This document shows, in pieces, positions 24,244-36,487 of a DNA stretch of 64,000 nucleotides. This stretch comes from Azolla caroliniana (lineage: Eukaryota; Plantae; Polypodiophyta): NCBI GenBank assembly GCA_043228905.1, contig JBHGNT010000012.1, forward strand, positions 3,658,001 through 3,722,000, given 5' to 3'. Numbering within the stretch: the first letter of the stretch is position 1; every line of letters begins with the position of its first letter. The notes under the pieces are model-generated. The model searched no databases, was not told the origin of the DNA, and saw only the letters and a program-made list of their open reading frames with translations. A program made the translations under genes and the position numbers.

Positions 24244-24341
24244 CCGAATAGCTGGGAGACGTTGGTTGTCACTTTGGGCAATGCCGGGCCGGAAGGGAAA
24301 CGGTTATCCCTAGCAAGAGTGAAGTCGAGCTTGCTAGATGA

Positions 24342-25050
24342 TGTTAGGAAATAGGTCCCTCCGGATGGGAAGGGAGAAGAACAGTGCTGGTGAGCGAGTA
24401 CCCGACTACGGACAACCGGATGGTGCAGACCCGGTGAGAACCGGATGAGGAGTACTCGGCTACGGACATCCGGATGGTGCAGACCCGGTGAGAACCGGAT
24501 GAGGAGTACTCGGCTACGGACATCCGGATGGTGCAGACCCGGTGAGAACCGGATGAGGAGTACCCGGCTACGGACAGCCGGATGGTGTAGACCCGGTGAG
24601 AACCGGATGAGGAGTACCCGACTACCTGGTGAGAACCGGATGGCTATATTTGTAAATAGCCGAAAACTCATATTAGTATAAATATGACTTAGGGCAAACT
24701 TTTGTAGCGTAGTTATCATTCTTGTTGGTGCAAGGAGAGAGAGAGTGCGTAACAGTGTATAGAGAGAGAGAGAGAAAGAGGTTGTTGCCTCTGTTGTAAT
24801 CGCCGCCTGTGGCGAAGATCGTGAGCACGAGGTCGTTGCCTCCGTGAGCTCACCGTTGTAATTACTGTGACATAGTGATAGTTAGCAGTCAGTGGACTGT
24901 CGTGGTTTTTCCCTCTCAGGGTTTTCCACGTTAAACATCCTGTGTACTCTTCTCTCCATTGTGTCGTGCTTGCATTTCCCATTTTCTGTGTATGATTCTA
25001 AGCTCGGTTGTGGCCGAGCGTTGCGTATAGGGAGCGTAGAGTTCCTGTCA
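24342..25050 (+). mobile_element. Solo LTR of a D-related copia inserted in D gag
   Basis: TGTTAGGAAA...CCTGTCA, perfect TSD GATGA, 54-bp tandem repeats at 24400-24640. Gag resumes LLDE|EACRK. Confidence 0.92.
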
Positions 25051-26266
25051 GATGAGGAGGCATGTCGGAAAGATAAGGATACAAGCTCCGACTCCAAAGC
25101 GCTCATTACCGAATCGGAACGCAGAAGACAAAGGTACCGTAGTCCCCATAACCGGGAAAAGTCAGGGACACGGTCAAAGTCAAGGGGGAGGCCTACCTGC
25201 TTCTATTGTGGCAAGCCGGGACACTTCCAGAAGAACTGTCGGCACTTCCGAAAAGACAAGGAAATCGACGGTACTGATTCGAAGCGGACACCGTACCGGA
25301 ATGGTAAAGACCAGAGGGGGCCGGACCGGAAGGGAACGACGACAATCGCGGCAAGTGAAGAAGAGTTAATGCTCATCACCGAGGAGAGTGAGTTAAACCT
25401 TGCCGGCGACGAGATGACCTGGGTGGTCGACTCCGGAGCGTCATTCCACCTTACACCGGACCGGAAATGCTTCTCATCCTACTTTGCCGGTGGTCACGAC
25501 TGTGTCCGGATGGGGAATGAAGGTACATGCCGAATTGTCGGCATAAGAGACGTGTGGTTGACAACACCAACCGGATGCAAGCTGCTGCTAAAGGATGTTT
25601 GACATGTTCCGGAGGTTCGTCTGAACCTGATATCAGTCGATCGGCTAGATGATGAAGGCTACACAGGTAGCATCCGGAACGGTGTTATGAAGTTCAGCAA
25701 AGGGAGCCTGATTGTGGCTCGGGCCCGGAAGGTAAACACGTTGTACCTGATGAATGCCCGGTTATGCCCGGAAGAAGTGAACATGGCTTCTGACACTACC
25801 GGTGAGTTGTGGCACAAGAGGCCGTGTCACATGAGCGAGAAGGGGATGAAGAGGCTTGCAGATGACAATCTCATTCTAGTGAAGAACGTGCACTTGGAGA
25901 AGTGCACTGATTGTCTGACCGGTAAACAAAACCGGACCTCCTTCCGATCGAGGCCACCGATGAGACGTAATGCACCACTGGAGTTGGTGCATACTGATGT
26001 GTGTCAAGTGGACACGAAGTCACATGCAAGATCGCAGTACTTCGTGACGTTCATAGATGATCACAGCCGGAAGCTGTGGGCCACGCCGTTGAAGTCGAAG
26101 GATCAGGTGTTATCCGTCTTCAAAGAACTCCACGCGAGAGTGGCAAGAGAAACCGGCCGGAAGCTGAAGGCGGTTCGAGCAGATAACGGAGGTGAATACC
26201 GGGGGCAGTTCAAGGAGTATTGTCACTCGAAGGGAATCCGGCTCGAATTTACCGTGCCGAAGACGC

Positions 26267-29200
26267 TGTCGCGAAGTTTCGCGAGTACGTGTAGATCCTA
26301 GGCAGGACCAGGGGGTCTTGGACTAGGGAGAAGAGGAGAAAGGTTAAGACAACGAATGGAAGATTAGCTCAAGAGGAGAAGAGAACGAATATGACATTAT
26401 GATATAAGAAGAAGAAGAAGATGGCGTCAAGATACTCAACAAGAAGTTCTATTAAGAAATGAATGATTATAATAATCGTGACCGCATAGGCCGCACCCCA
26501 CGATATATGAAACCGTCATCGAATTAGTAGGAAGAAGAAGAATAAGAAAACCCTAAGCGAACCCTAACCCTAAAACGAAATGGGAAGAAGGAGAACCCTA
26601 GACTAAGTGGTATACCTCACTCACACTCAAAATTAGGCAACCCCTTCAAATGTGACCCCTCACTCCCCTTTATAGATGTAAGGGGTGAGGCCCAATATAA
26701 GATGAGTGGTCAAATCCCCCCTTCTCCTTTTCAAAGGAGAATATTTGATCTCGATCTTGAGACCGTCAGCCATAACTCTCACTCACCAACCGTCCTATTC
26801 AATGCCCATCACTCCTACACTCTTGTTCCTTATGTACCTCTCCCTAGTCTACAAGTGCACATCACATTTACTCTCCACGAATTCCGTGGTGCCCCTTTGG
26901 CACCTTAGATTATTACCCTTCCCTTACATTTTGGCTATCTTATTCTTATTACACAAATATACAAGTGCATGTGCACATGTTGCACACCACCGATTTGCCC
27001 TTTCTATCCCGGTTTCACACCGTGGCCAGAAATCTTCACGACATCCACCCCCACCAAACCGCACATCCACCGGTATGTGCCAAGAGGGAAAATGTGAGAG
27101 ATTCCGGCGACGGTGATCAACCGGGTCCTCCGTCGTCTCGACATCCGTCCGCCTTGCCAGCTCCTTACCGGCCCGATCCGTTGGCTCCATCTGATCCACC
27201 ACGCCCACTACGTCTCCTCGAACCACCGACTCCATCTGATCCGCCATATCTGATGTTTGTCCCCGACCCATTGGCTCCACCCGATCCGCCATATCTGTTG
27301 TTCGTGCTTTCCTCCCCGTTCGGTCCTCCCGAACGTCGTTGCCAACCCGGTCTCCCTTCCTTTGTCCACCATGCATCTCCTTCGGATGCACTCCCGATCT
27401 CTCCGGTCGCACGCCGGATTCCGCCCTTTGCGTGCCACGTATTTTCCTCCTTTGGTTTTATCGTCTCTGCATGCCGAACACCTCGGCATGTCGACTCTTG
27501 CCGCTCCGCGCTTGCCTTCCGTAGGCTCTTCCTGTGCGCCGATGTTGTCCCCCAAATATGCACTCATTCTTTGGTCCTTAGGCGACTCTATTCCGCGCTC
27601 CTTGCCTCTCCTTTGCCCGCCGTGCTCTCTCGCCGTAGAGTGTACTGTCATCCCGACCTCCGTGTCGGTGTCCCTCGAGTCTTTCGGTACCGCTTCGCCT
27701 TGACTTGTGCCCTCTTGGCCCACTTGGCCTTGCATGCCCTCCGGGAAGCCGCGCTTCCTCTTCTCGGCGCATAGCCCGTTGCTCTCCGCGCGCCTTCGTC
27801 GGTTCTCAAGACATAGCCTTCCGTGCTAACCGATCATCCGCCAATACCGGAACCCCACCACTCCGTCTCTCGTCGCGTGCTTGCCTCTCAAAGGCTCGAC
27901 CGGTCCGCCGTTGCTAGTCACTTGTTGTAGCTCTCTTGGATGCATGCTCGTTCTTGGGCCCCTCACCGACCGTAATGCATGCTTCGTGTTACGTCCTTCA
28001 TCCGCCGTAGACCTGACCTCCGCGTCGGCCACTTCTTCCTTTGTCGCCATAGCCCGTTCCGACTCGGGCTCGCCATCTTGGACCCGCTCATCCATCATCT
28101 CATTCCGGATACCCGTTCCGATAACTTTGTCCGCTTCGGCCTCTGACTCCTTGCCGCCACCCGCTGTCTCTCCGGTCTCACGTTGATCTGCAACCGCCGA
28201 AGTTTCTAGAATGGGTGTGGAAGGTCCCTCTCGCTCTCGGTCTTCCACCAGGCCGTGATCACCGTGCCCGCTAGGCCTCCTCAATACGCTCACCGGCTCT
28301 CGTCGCGTGTTGTGACCCGTCCTCCCCGATCTCCAATCAGACCGGCATAGCCTTCGCCCGGATTGGTCTTGACCGATCGTGATCCGGTTCGGTCTTCTCT
28401 CTTTCACAATTGTCACCGGTCGAACGATTCCGACCTTGCCGACTCTTCTTCGGTTTGGGCCCAGTTCGCCGGCCCTCGCTCCATTCTTCTTTCGCGCCGT
28501 CTTCCGGTCGTGTCGGTTCCCAATTCTCCCCTTTCCACTCCCGACCTCTCCGTCGGTCCTCTCGTATATGGCCGTTCTGGGCCTCGCATCCTCATCTTCG
28601 TACGTACTCGCTCCGGGCCACGCCTCCTCACGGCCACCGCCCATCTCTCCGGTCTCACGTTGGCACTCGGGCACAACTGCTGAAGTCTCCGGCCCCGGTG
28701 TCGAGGGGTCTTGCCTCCGTCCGCTACAATCTTCCCCGTCGTTCTCGCCGTCGTGGTTGCCCGCCTTGCCGCCTTGCCGCCCGTCGCTCTAGGTCTCATG
28801 CCGGCACTCGGGCCAACTGCCGGAGCCTCTAGGACCGGTGTGGGTAAGGACCCGGCACCGCCGCTCGTTGTGTCCGTAGCCGCCTCTGTTTGGACGTCGT
28901 TCTCTGTGGCTAACCTGCCTCTGATTATGCAAGCCTCAATTATGCTTGCCGCCTCCCCTTCGTTGTCGTTTCGGCCACCCGCCTTCCCGCTTGATGTTTT
29001 GGGCCACCGTGCCCCAAATCCTTTGCCCACTCTCGAAGTGGCGCTTCCCGCTCTGTAGTCATTGGCCTCATCCATGGTTGTCCATTCGCCACAAGACGAG
29101 AGGGTCACTCGCTCCACACCCTCTCCCATGTCGCCGTTGCACGCTCTCTCGGCCTCCGCATGGGCCCCGTCCTCCATGCGTAGGGAGGCTTCTTCCTCCA

Positions 29201-30278
29201 CATCCTTCAATCCGCTTGGGCCCAACTCTGTAATAAGCCCTTCCTCGGCTTCGAACTTCACCTTCACGCTCTTGCATGCCTCCCATACCAACGCCTCGAA
29301 GTTGTACTCCTCCGGTTGATCGTGCATCAAGCTCTTTTCCGACGGTGGTGTGTAGCCGCCCACCGCCCTCTCTTTTCCGTCGCTCGCGGGCCAAGTCGTT
29401 GCCGACCGCTCCCCATCATATTGCCGGCATACCCACTTTGGTTTCGCGTATCCGTATGCCTCCATTAGAGCTCCCTCGAAGGACTCCCACGACTCATGAG
29501 CTTCTTGAAGCTCCTTGACCTCTTTATGCACCGATACGGCCGCCACTCGACGAAAATACTCTAGCCGCATCGCTTCGTCCACGCCCCACTTTCTCATCTC
29601 GGCATCGTACGCTTCCAAGAACCTCAGGACATCGTCCCCGTTGAATTGGCCGACTCGATCGACCACCCTCTTGACGGCTTGTTGAACCGCATCTCGCCTC
29701 GCCTTTTTCCATCACGCATCCATTACGATCTTTGCCACCATCTCCTCGAAGTCGAAGTCTTCTTCCATCTCCATCCTCCCTTGCCGCCTCTTCACGTCGG
29801 GTTCACCAAAGATGTCGCGAAGTTTCGCGAGTACATATAGATCCTAGGCGGGACCACGGGGGTCTTGGACTAGGGAGAAGAGGAGAAAGGTTAAGACAAC
29901 GAATGGAAGATTAGCTCAAGAGGAGAAGAGAACGAATATGACATTATGATATAAGAAGAAGAAGAAGATGGCGTCAAGATACTCAACAAGAAGTTCTATT
30001 AAGAAATGAATGATTACAATAATCGTGGCCGCATAGGCCGCACCCCACGATATATGAAACCGTCATCGAATTAGTAGGAAGAAGAAGAATAAGAAAACCC
30101 TAAGCGAACCCTAACCCTAAAACGAAATGGGAAGAAGGAGAACCCTAGACTAAGTGGTATACCTCACTCACACTCAAAATTAGGCAACCCCTTCAAATGT
30201 GACCCCTCACTCCCCTTTATAGATGTAAGGGGTGAGGCCCAATATAAGATGAGTGGTCAAATCCCCCCTTCTCCTTTT
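26267..30278 (-). mobile_element. W4: non-autonomous Trp-primed element; its 5' LTR is interrupted by copia E
   Basis: 3' LTR 26267-27043 followed by PPT, perfect 18-nt Trp PBS 29791-29808, partial 5' LTR 29813-30278 nearly identical to the 3' LTR. Confidence 0.92.
28413..29666 (-). pseudogene. Gag N-terminal domain plus acidic low-complexity tail (W4)
   Basis: VGQFNGDDVLRFLEAYDAEM...RLEYFRRV...SWESFEGALMEAYG is homologous to the gag of W2, W5 and G. The natural start is disrupted. Confidence 0.7.
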
Positions 30279-33002
30279 TGTTTAGAGACAAGCTCAACAT
30301 TTGTGTGTAATACGATGCGTAACCAGTGCGTAGACTGGGTGCATAAAACCGGTACGCAGACCGGTGCGTAGAAAGGTCGTATTGGTGCATAGACCGAAAG
30401 GCCGTTAGAAAGATATTCCTCGTAAGGAATAGTTTTGGGAGTAAGTGTCGCGGCTCATTTATGAGCAATCAAGTACTACCAGTACTTGTGTCAGCCCATT
30501 GTCAGGGCTTGTATAAAAGTGCTCACCAAGCACATCCTATGTAGAGATTGAGTATTATTTTTCGAATTTAAGTTCTTGAGTTACTCTCTCTCAGTCTCTC
30601 CCGTGCGTAATGTGCAAACCTAAGCTTTCCATTAAACCTGCATTTTCTATTGTTCGGTTTTCCTATATTGCTTCCGCACGCCATTCTTTTCATGGTATTA
30701 GAGCGCGAGGGTTGAGAACCTCTGCAGCTGACTTTGCTTGAAGGAAAAACCAACGAAGAAGAACAAGAAAACCGATGGACAGAGGAATGGCTAGCTCGCT
30801 TCCAACGGAGAAGCTCGACAAAACCAACTACGCATCTTGGTCCTACAAGATGCATCAGTACCGGCTCGGACACGGTTACTGGAGCTATGTCGATGGAGCA
30901 AATGACACAACACCCGATTCGACACACAAAGACTTCCCGGCGTGGGAATAATCGGCGAGCAGAGTGCTATAGTGCTTCGCGTCTTGTGTGGGTGAACAAC
31001 TGCTAAGCTACGTTCGGGATGCAAAAACGCCGAAGGGTGCATGGGAAAATCTGAAGAAGATTTTCGCCGCGAGCACCACAAGCAGGAAGCTTCAACTTCG
31101 ACAAGAGTTGAGCAACCTACGACAACGCGATTTGTCGGTGGTTGACTATACCTCGAAGATTAAGGACATATGCGACTCCTTAGCTTCCATCGATGTGAAC
31201 ATCGAGGAAAGCGAGATGGTCCAGGTTTGTCTCGGGGGTTTGGCGTCGAAGTTCGGGGCGTTCCGAACTGCAGTGTGTACCCGGGAGAATACGCCGTCCT
31301 TTTTCGACTTACAGTCGATGCTCTTGGTAGAGGAGAACCACGCGGGTGCGTCGACGAGCACGCACGCCGACAACAAGATGTTGTACATGGAGGGAGAAAG
31401 GCCCCGTGGTCATGGCGGACGAGGTGAGTCGGTACGCAATGGAGGCGGCCGACGGGATCAAGGAAGAAGGCACAGAAGTGATGCTGACAGCAATTCCGGA
31501 CCCTCCGAAAATAGGGGGAGTCGAGGCGACGAGAACCGGAAAGGGAAATCCGCCGCGGAATGCTGGTACTGTGGCAAGAAAGGCCACAGGGAGAGCGAGT
31601 GCTGGAAGAAGAGCACCGAGTCGGAGAGGTCTGGTTCCGGATCTGGTTCCGGACATACCGACAAAGGAAATCGGCAGCGATCGCACTACGCAGAAGGATC
31701 CGAAAAAGTCGGAAAAGGGTCAGTCTTCGTGACGAGACACGAAGCAAACTCAATGAAGCAGACCGCCTCGCAATCAGACGAGGTGTGGTATGTCGACTCC
31801 GGCGCGTCAAACCACATGACGTGCCACAAGGAGTGGTTCTCATATCTTGAGAAACCGATGCAACTAGGAGTAGTCGCAAATGGAGACGACACTCCGCATC
31901 CGATCGCGAATGTCTGTGAAGTTCCCTTGAGCCATGTCGGGCAGAAAGGGAAACTTATGAACGTGTTACACGTCCCGACCATCACGAAGAATCTGGTGTC
32001 GGTCGGGCAGATCGTCGACCAGGGGATGCAGGTTCGGTTTACGCATCTTGGGTGCTTCATTGAGGAAGAAGGTCGTATTATTGCACAAGGGCGCAAAGAT
32101 GGGAGGTTGTTTATCCTCGACTCTACTGACGGTGGCACCGCAATGTTCGCGAAGGGACAAAAAGTCGAGTCGGACATCGACTTATGGCACAAACGGATAG
32201 GCCACGTCAACTACCAGCGGCTTCAAGACCTACAATCGAAACAAGTGGTGTTTGGATTGCCCAAATTTAGTGGCCGGAAGGCACAAATTTGTGAAGCCTA
32301 CCAGCTTGGGAAGCAACACCGACTTCCTTTCCCAAACGAGCGTAACCGGAGCCGGAATAAGCTAGACTTGATACACTCTGATGTGTGGGGGCCGGCACAA
32401 AATGTTAGTCTTGGCGGGAGCCGATATTTTGTCTCCTTCATCGACGACTACACGCGGCACACATGGATCTACCTCATTGAGAGGAAAAGCGAAGTCTTCG
32501 ACTGTTTCCGGGACCTCAAAGGGTTCGTGGAAACTGAAACAGGAAGAAAGATCAAGTGCCTTCGGTCGGATGGCGGAAAAGAATACTTTTCTAGTCAATT
32601 CAACGGTTATCTACAACAGATGGGAATTCGGCGCGAATTCAGTTGTAGATACACGCCGGAGCAAAACGGCGTGGCCGAGAGGAAAAATCGGTCGGTTGTG
32701 GAAGCTGCATGCGCAATGCTGGAGGAGAAGAGCTTGCCTAAGTTCTATTGGGCCGAGGCGGTAAGAACCGCGGTATACATCCAGAACCGGATTGGAGAAA
32801 AAGTGTCAGCGCACGAGCTATACTTTGGAACAAAGCCGAACTTGCGACACTTACGAGTTTTCGGTAGCATTGCGTATGTGCATGTGCCGAAGGAGAAAAG
32901 GAGGAAGTTGGACGCAAAAGCCGAGAAGTGTATCTTGGTCGGCTATTCAGACGAGCAGAAGGGTTATAAGTGCTATAACCCGAGTACCAAACAACCGCAT
33001 GT

Positions 33003-36000
33003 TGTCGTGACGATTTTCGGCTACGGTGTGAAACCGAGTGAGACGAATAAACCAAGGATGTGCAACATTGCACATACACTTAGCAAATAAGCCTCCTCCT
33101 AAGGCCTAGTGGTACTTGAGTTCAGATAGAAGGGTACAAGCAAGGTTTGAACCCTGCACCTCTAAGATACAAGATAAATGCTTTACCACTAGGACAACTA
33201 TCATATAGTGTAGATTTTATGTATTTACTTTACATATATGAATTATAGATGAAACAACCATTAGAAAACCATGTGCACAAAACCATGGTTCTAAACCCAT
33301 GGTTTGTGCATGTCACAAGCATGGAAAGACCTATAAAAGCCTCTAGTTGGGCTTGTGTAAGGGGGGCTCAATATGTGATATCACCAACACCATTATCATC
33401 AATATAATTATATTTGTCTTTATCTTGTTCATATTTTTCTACTTCTCAAGTGTACAATCTTTCTTCTTCTCAAGTAAACCAATTTTATCTAATCTTACAT
33501 TGATCGTCATCTCTTCGATAATTCTGCAAACATCCTCCCTAGTCCAAGACCCCGGTGGTCGCTCAAGTAGCACATGCACGCGCGAATCTTCGCGACATCA
33601 TTTTGTGAACCTGACGTGAAGAGTAGCAGGGGAGGACGAAGATGGATGGCGAATATCTCATGGAGGCAATGTCAAAAAGGATGATGGAGTTTCTAAGAGA
33701 AGGGAAAAGACGAAATGAACCCCAACAAGCCGTTGAGAGGGTAGTCGAGCGAGTGAGCTATTTGAACGGCGCTGAAGTCCAAAGTTTTCTAAAAGTCTAC
33801 AATGCGGAGATGGATTCAAGAGGTGTGGACGAAGCTATGAGGCTGGAGTACTTTTGTCGGGTGGTGTCTCAATCGATCTTCAAAGATGTAAAAGAGCTTC
33901 TAGAAGCTCATGATTCATGGGAGACTTTCGAGAAGGCTCTATTGGAGGAATATGGCTATGAGAGACTAAAGGGACAAGATCGACGCAACTTCGACCAATG
34001 GGTGACATCGGTGAAGACCCACCAAGGCGCGACACAAGCATTTGTAGACTTCGAGCATCATTTTTCTCAACTCTCGGAGCGGGAACAAAGATTAGTGGGG
34101 GTCGATAAGGTCCTTATGTTCGTGAAGTCAATCGATCGAATGGAAAGGATGGCCATCGGCCTCAAACTCGAAGAAGATGATGGTGCAAATGGCCTCATTG
34201 AGGATTGGATCAAAGTGGAAAGTGTATGCCGACTACACGATAAGGGGCAAGCAAGAATATCGACGACAACAAGACGGCCCATGAGGGACGATCGAAGAGG
34301 GATGAGATGCAACAATGCGCCACCAACAAAAGAAATGAACCTTAAAAGGGAGACAAAACCGAGGCGAATGGTGATCGGGGAAGAAGAGACCTCCCAACAA
34401 ATGCGGGTTAATGAAGTGGCCAATACAATGGCTCAGGTTCGGTATGACGGTACCGAGAGAGAAGGTGCGAAACAAGTCACCTTCTTGTCTTACGAAGAAA
34501 CGACGGCCAAGGAGGAGGCCGATGACTCGAGGACGGCGAACACCACTTCGAGGGAGGATAAATGTTTCGGAACATGCATTGTGTACGAAACATCGGGTTA
34601 TGAAGGTGCAAGCATGAGAAAAGCTTGCATGATTGAGGGAGATAAAGTATTTGAGTCCGACGTGATTGAGGAGGTAGCCATGACAAATGACATCGAGTCG
34701 GAGGTGGCTATGGACGTGTCGACGACGGATAGCCATGTCGACACTTTCTTCACGCTTGTTCCAGAGACTTCGGCGGTTGCGCCCGTGTGCCAACGTGAGA
34801 CTGGAGAGACGGAAGGTGGTGATGGGAAGACGAAGGCCCAACACAAGGAGGAAGAAGATTGAGGACGAAAGGATATCCCCACACCTATTCTAGAAACTTC
34901 GGCGGTTGTGCACATGCGCCAACATGAGACCGGAGAGACGGAATGTGTCAACGAAAAAGCGGAGGACCGGAAGGGCGATGAGGAAGACAAGGTAAATGTG
35001 CATGAGCGAAGGGATTCCTTCACACCGGTTCCGGAGACTTTGGTAATCGAGACCGTGTGTCGACATAAGACCGAAGATAAAGGAGGTGGTGGAGGAGACA
35101 ATATGGCTCGAGGCGAGCATACACGGAGGGAAGGATGTGGCCGATGAGGAGGCCAAGGATGAAGCCGCGGTTGAGTTCGATGGAGAGGCGGCATGCGGGA
35201 AGGAAGGAAGAGTCGAGAACCGGTCGAACCGGAAGACGATCCGGCTGGGATTCCGGCCCGAACGAAAAAAGATCCACATGGGAGATGATCGACCGGGGCC
35301 GACCCGGCCGAAACCTGATTCGGCCGAAATCGATTGGACAATCCCGATCCAAAAGGGGGCCGACCCGGCAGGAATCAATCGGTCGAGCCCGACTCGGCGA
35401 AATGCGAATGCAAACGAAGGCCAACCGAGCCAAGAAGCGATTGGTGGAGACCGATCCGGACAAGGGCAAACTCGGCCTAATCGGAGATCGACATGAACAA
35501 TCCACAACACCCAGTTGAAGACAGTGAGTGCGAGGAGTGGCCCGGAGTCCAATCGAAGGACACACGCGGTGGAAGAAGGAAGAGCGGTCGGATCGATGAC
35601 ATCGTTCGGTAGATCTACTACAACCGACCGGCGAAGAAGGTGTGAGCACCGGATATGGTGGATCGGGTGGCTATGGTGGTTCGGTTGGAAAGATTGGGCA
35701 TACTCGAAGTGGAAGAAGAAGTCAGACAAGGTCGACAAGCATGCAGAGGAATTTGGTTGATCACCGTTGCCAAAGATCTCACCTCTTCACCTTTCTCGGC
35801 ACATACCGGAGGATGTGCGGGTTTGGTGGGGGTGGATGTCGTGACGATTTTCGGCTACAGTGTGAAACTGAGTGAGACGAATAAACCAAGGATGTGCAAC
35901 ATTACACATACACTTAGCAAATAAGCCTCCTCCTAAGGCCTAGTGGCACTTGAGTTCATACAGAGGGGTGCAAGCAAGGTTTGAACGTTGCACCTCTAAG

Positions 36001-36487
36001 ATACAAGATAATTGCCTTACCACTAGGACAACTATCATATAGTGTAAATTTTATGTATTTACTTTTCATATATGAATTATAGATGAAATAACCATTAGAA
36101 AACCATGTGCACAAAACCATGGTTCTAAACCCATGGTTTGTGCATGACATAAGCAAAACCGTGTGCACAAAACCATGGTTTTAGCCCATAGTTTTGTGGA
36201 TGTCACAAGCATGGAAAGACCTATAAAAGCCTCTAGTTGGGCTTGTGTAAGGGGGGCTCAATATGTGATATCACCAACACCATTATCATCAATATAATTA
36301 TATTTGTCTTTATCTTCTTCATATTTTTCTACTTCTCAAGTGTACAATCTTTCTTCTTCTCAAGTAAACCAATTTTATCTAATCTTACATTGATCGTCAT
36401 CTCTTCGATAATTCTGCAAACATCCTCCCTAGTCCAAGACCCCGGTGGTCACTCGAGTAGCACACGCACGCGCGAATCTTCGCGACA
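33003..36487 (+). mobile_element. W5: non-autonomous Trp-primed gag-only element
   Basis: LTRs 33003-33597 and 35837-36487, TSD ATGT/ACGT, degenerate Trp PBS, PPT 35821-35836. Confidence 0.93.
33642..34862 (+). CDS. Gag-like protein, 406 aa (W5)
   Basis: ATG just after the PBS. YLNGAEVQSFLKVYNAEM...FDQWV...DKVLMFVKSID...GLIEDW aligns with the gag of G, followed by an acidic tail with no zinc knuckle. Confidence 0.7.
   Translation: MDGEYLMEAMSKRMMEFLREGKRRNEPQQAVERVVERVSYLNGAEVQSFLKVYNAEMDSRGVDEAMRLEYFCRVVSQSIFKDVKELLEAHDSWETFEKALLEEYGYERLKGQDRRNFDQWVTSVKTHQGATQAFVDFEHHFSQLSEREQRLVGVDKVLMFVKSIDRMERMAIGLKLEEDDGANGLIEDWIKVESVCRLHDKGQARISTTTRRPMRDDRRGMRCNNAPPTKEMNLKRETKPRRMVIGEEETSQQMRVNEVANTMAQVRYDGTEREGAKQVTFLSYEETTAKEEADDSRTANTTSREDKCFGTCIVYETSGYEGASMRKACMIEGDKVFESDVIEEVAMTNDIESEVAMDVSTTDSHVDTFFTLVPETSAVAPVCQRETGETEGGDGKTKAQHKEEED

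Noticed and set aside
24234-24719. Protein with 18-aa repeats, or a CRISPR-like array
   Set aside because: It is the translation of 54-bp LTR tandem repeats; there are no unique spacers and no cas genes.
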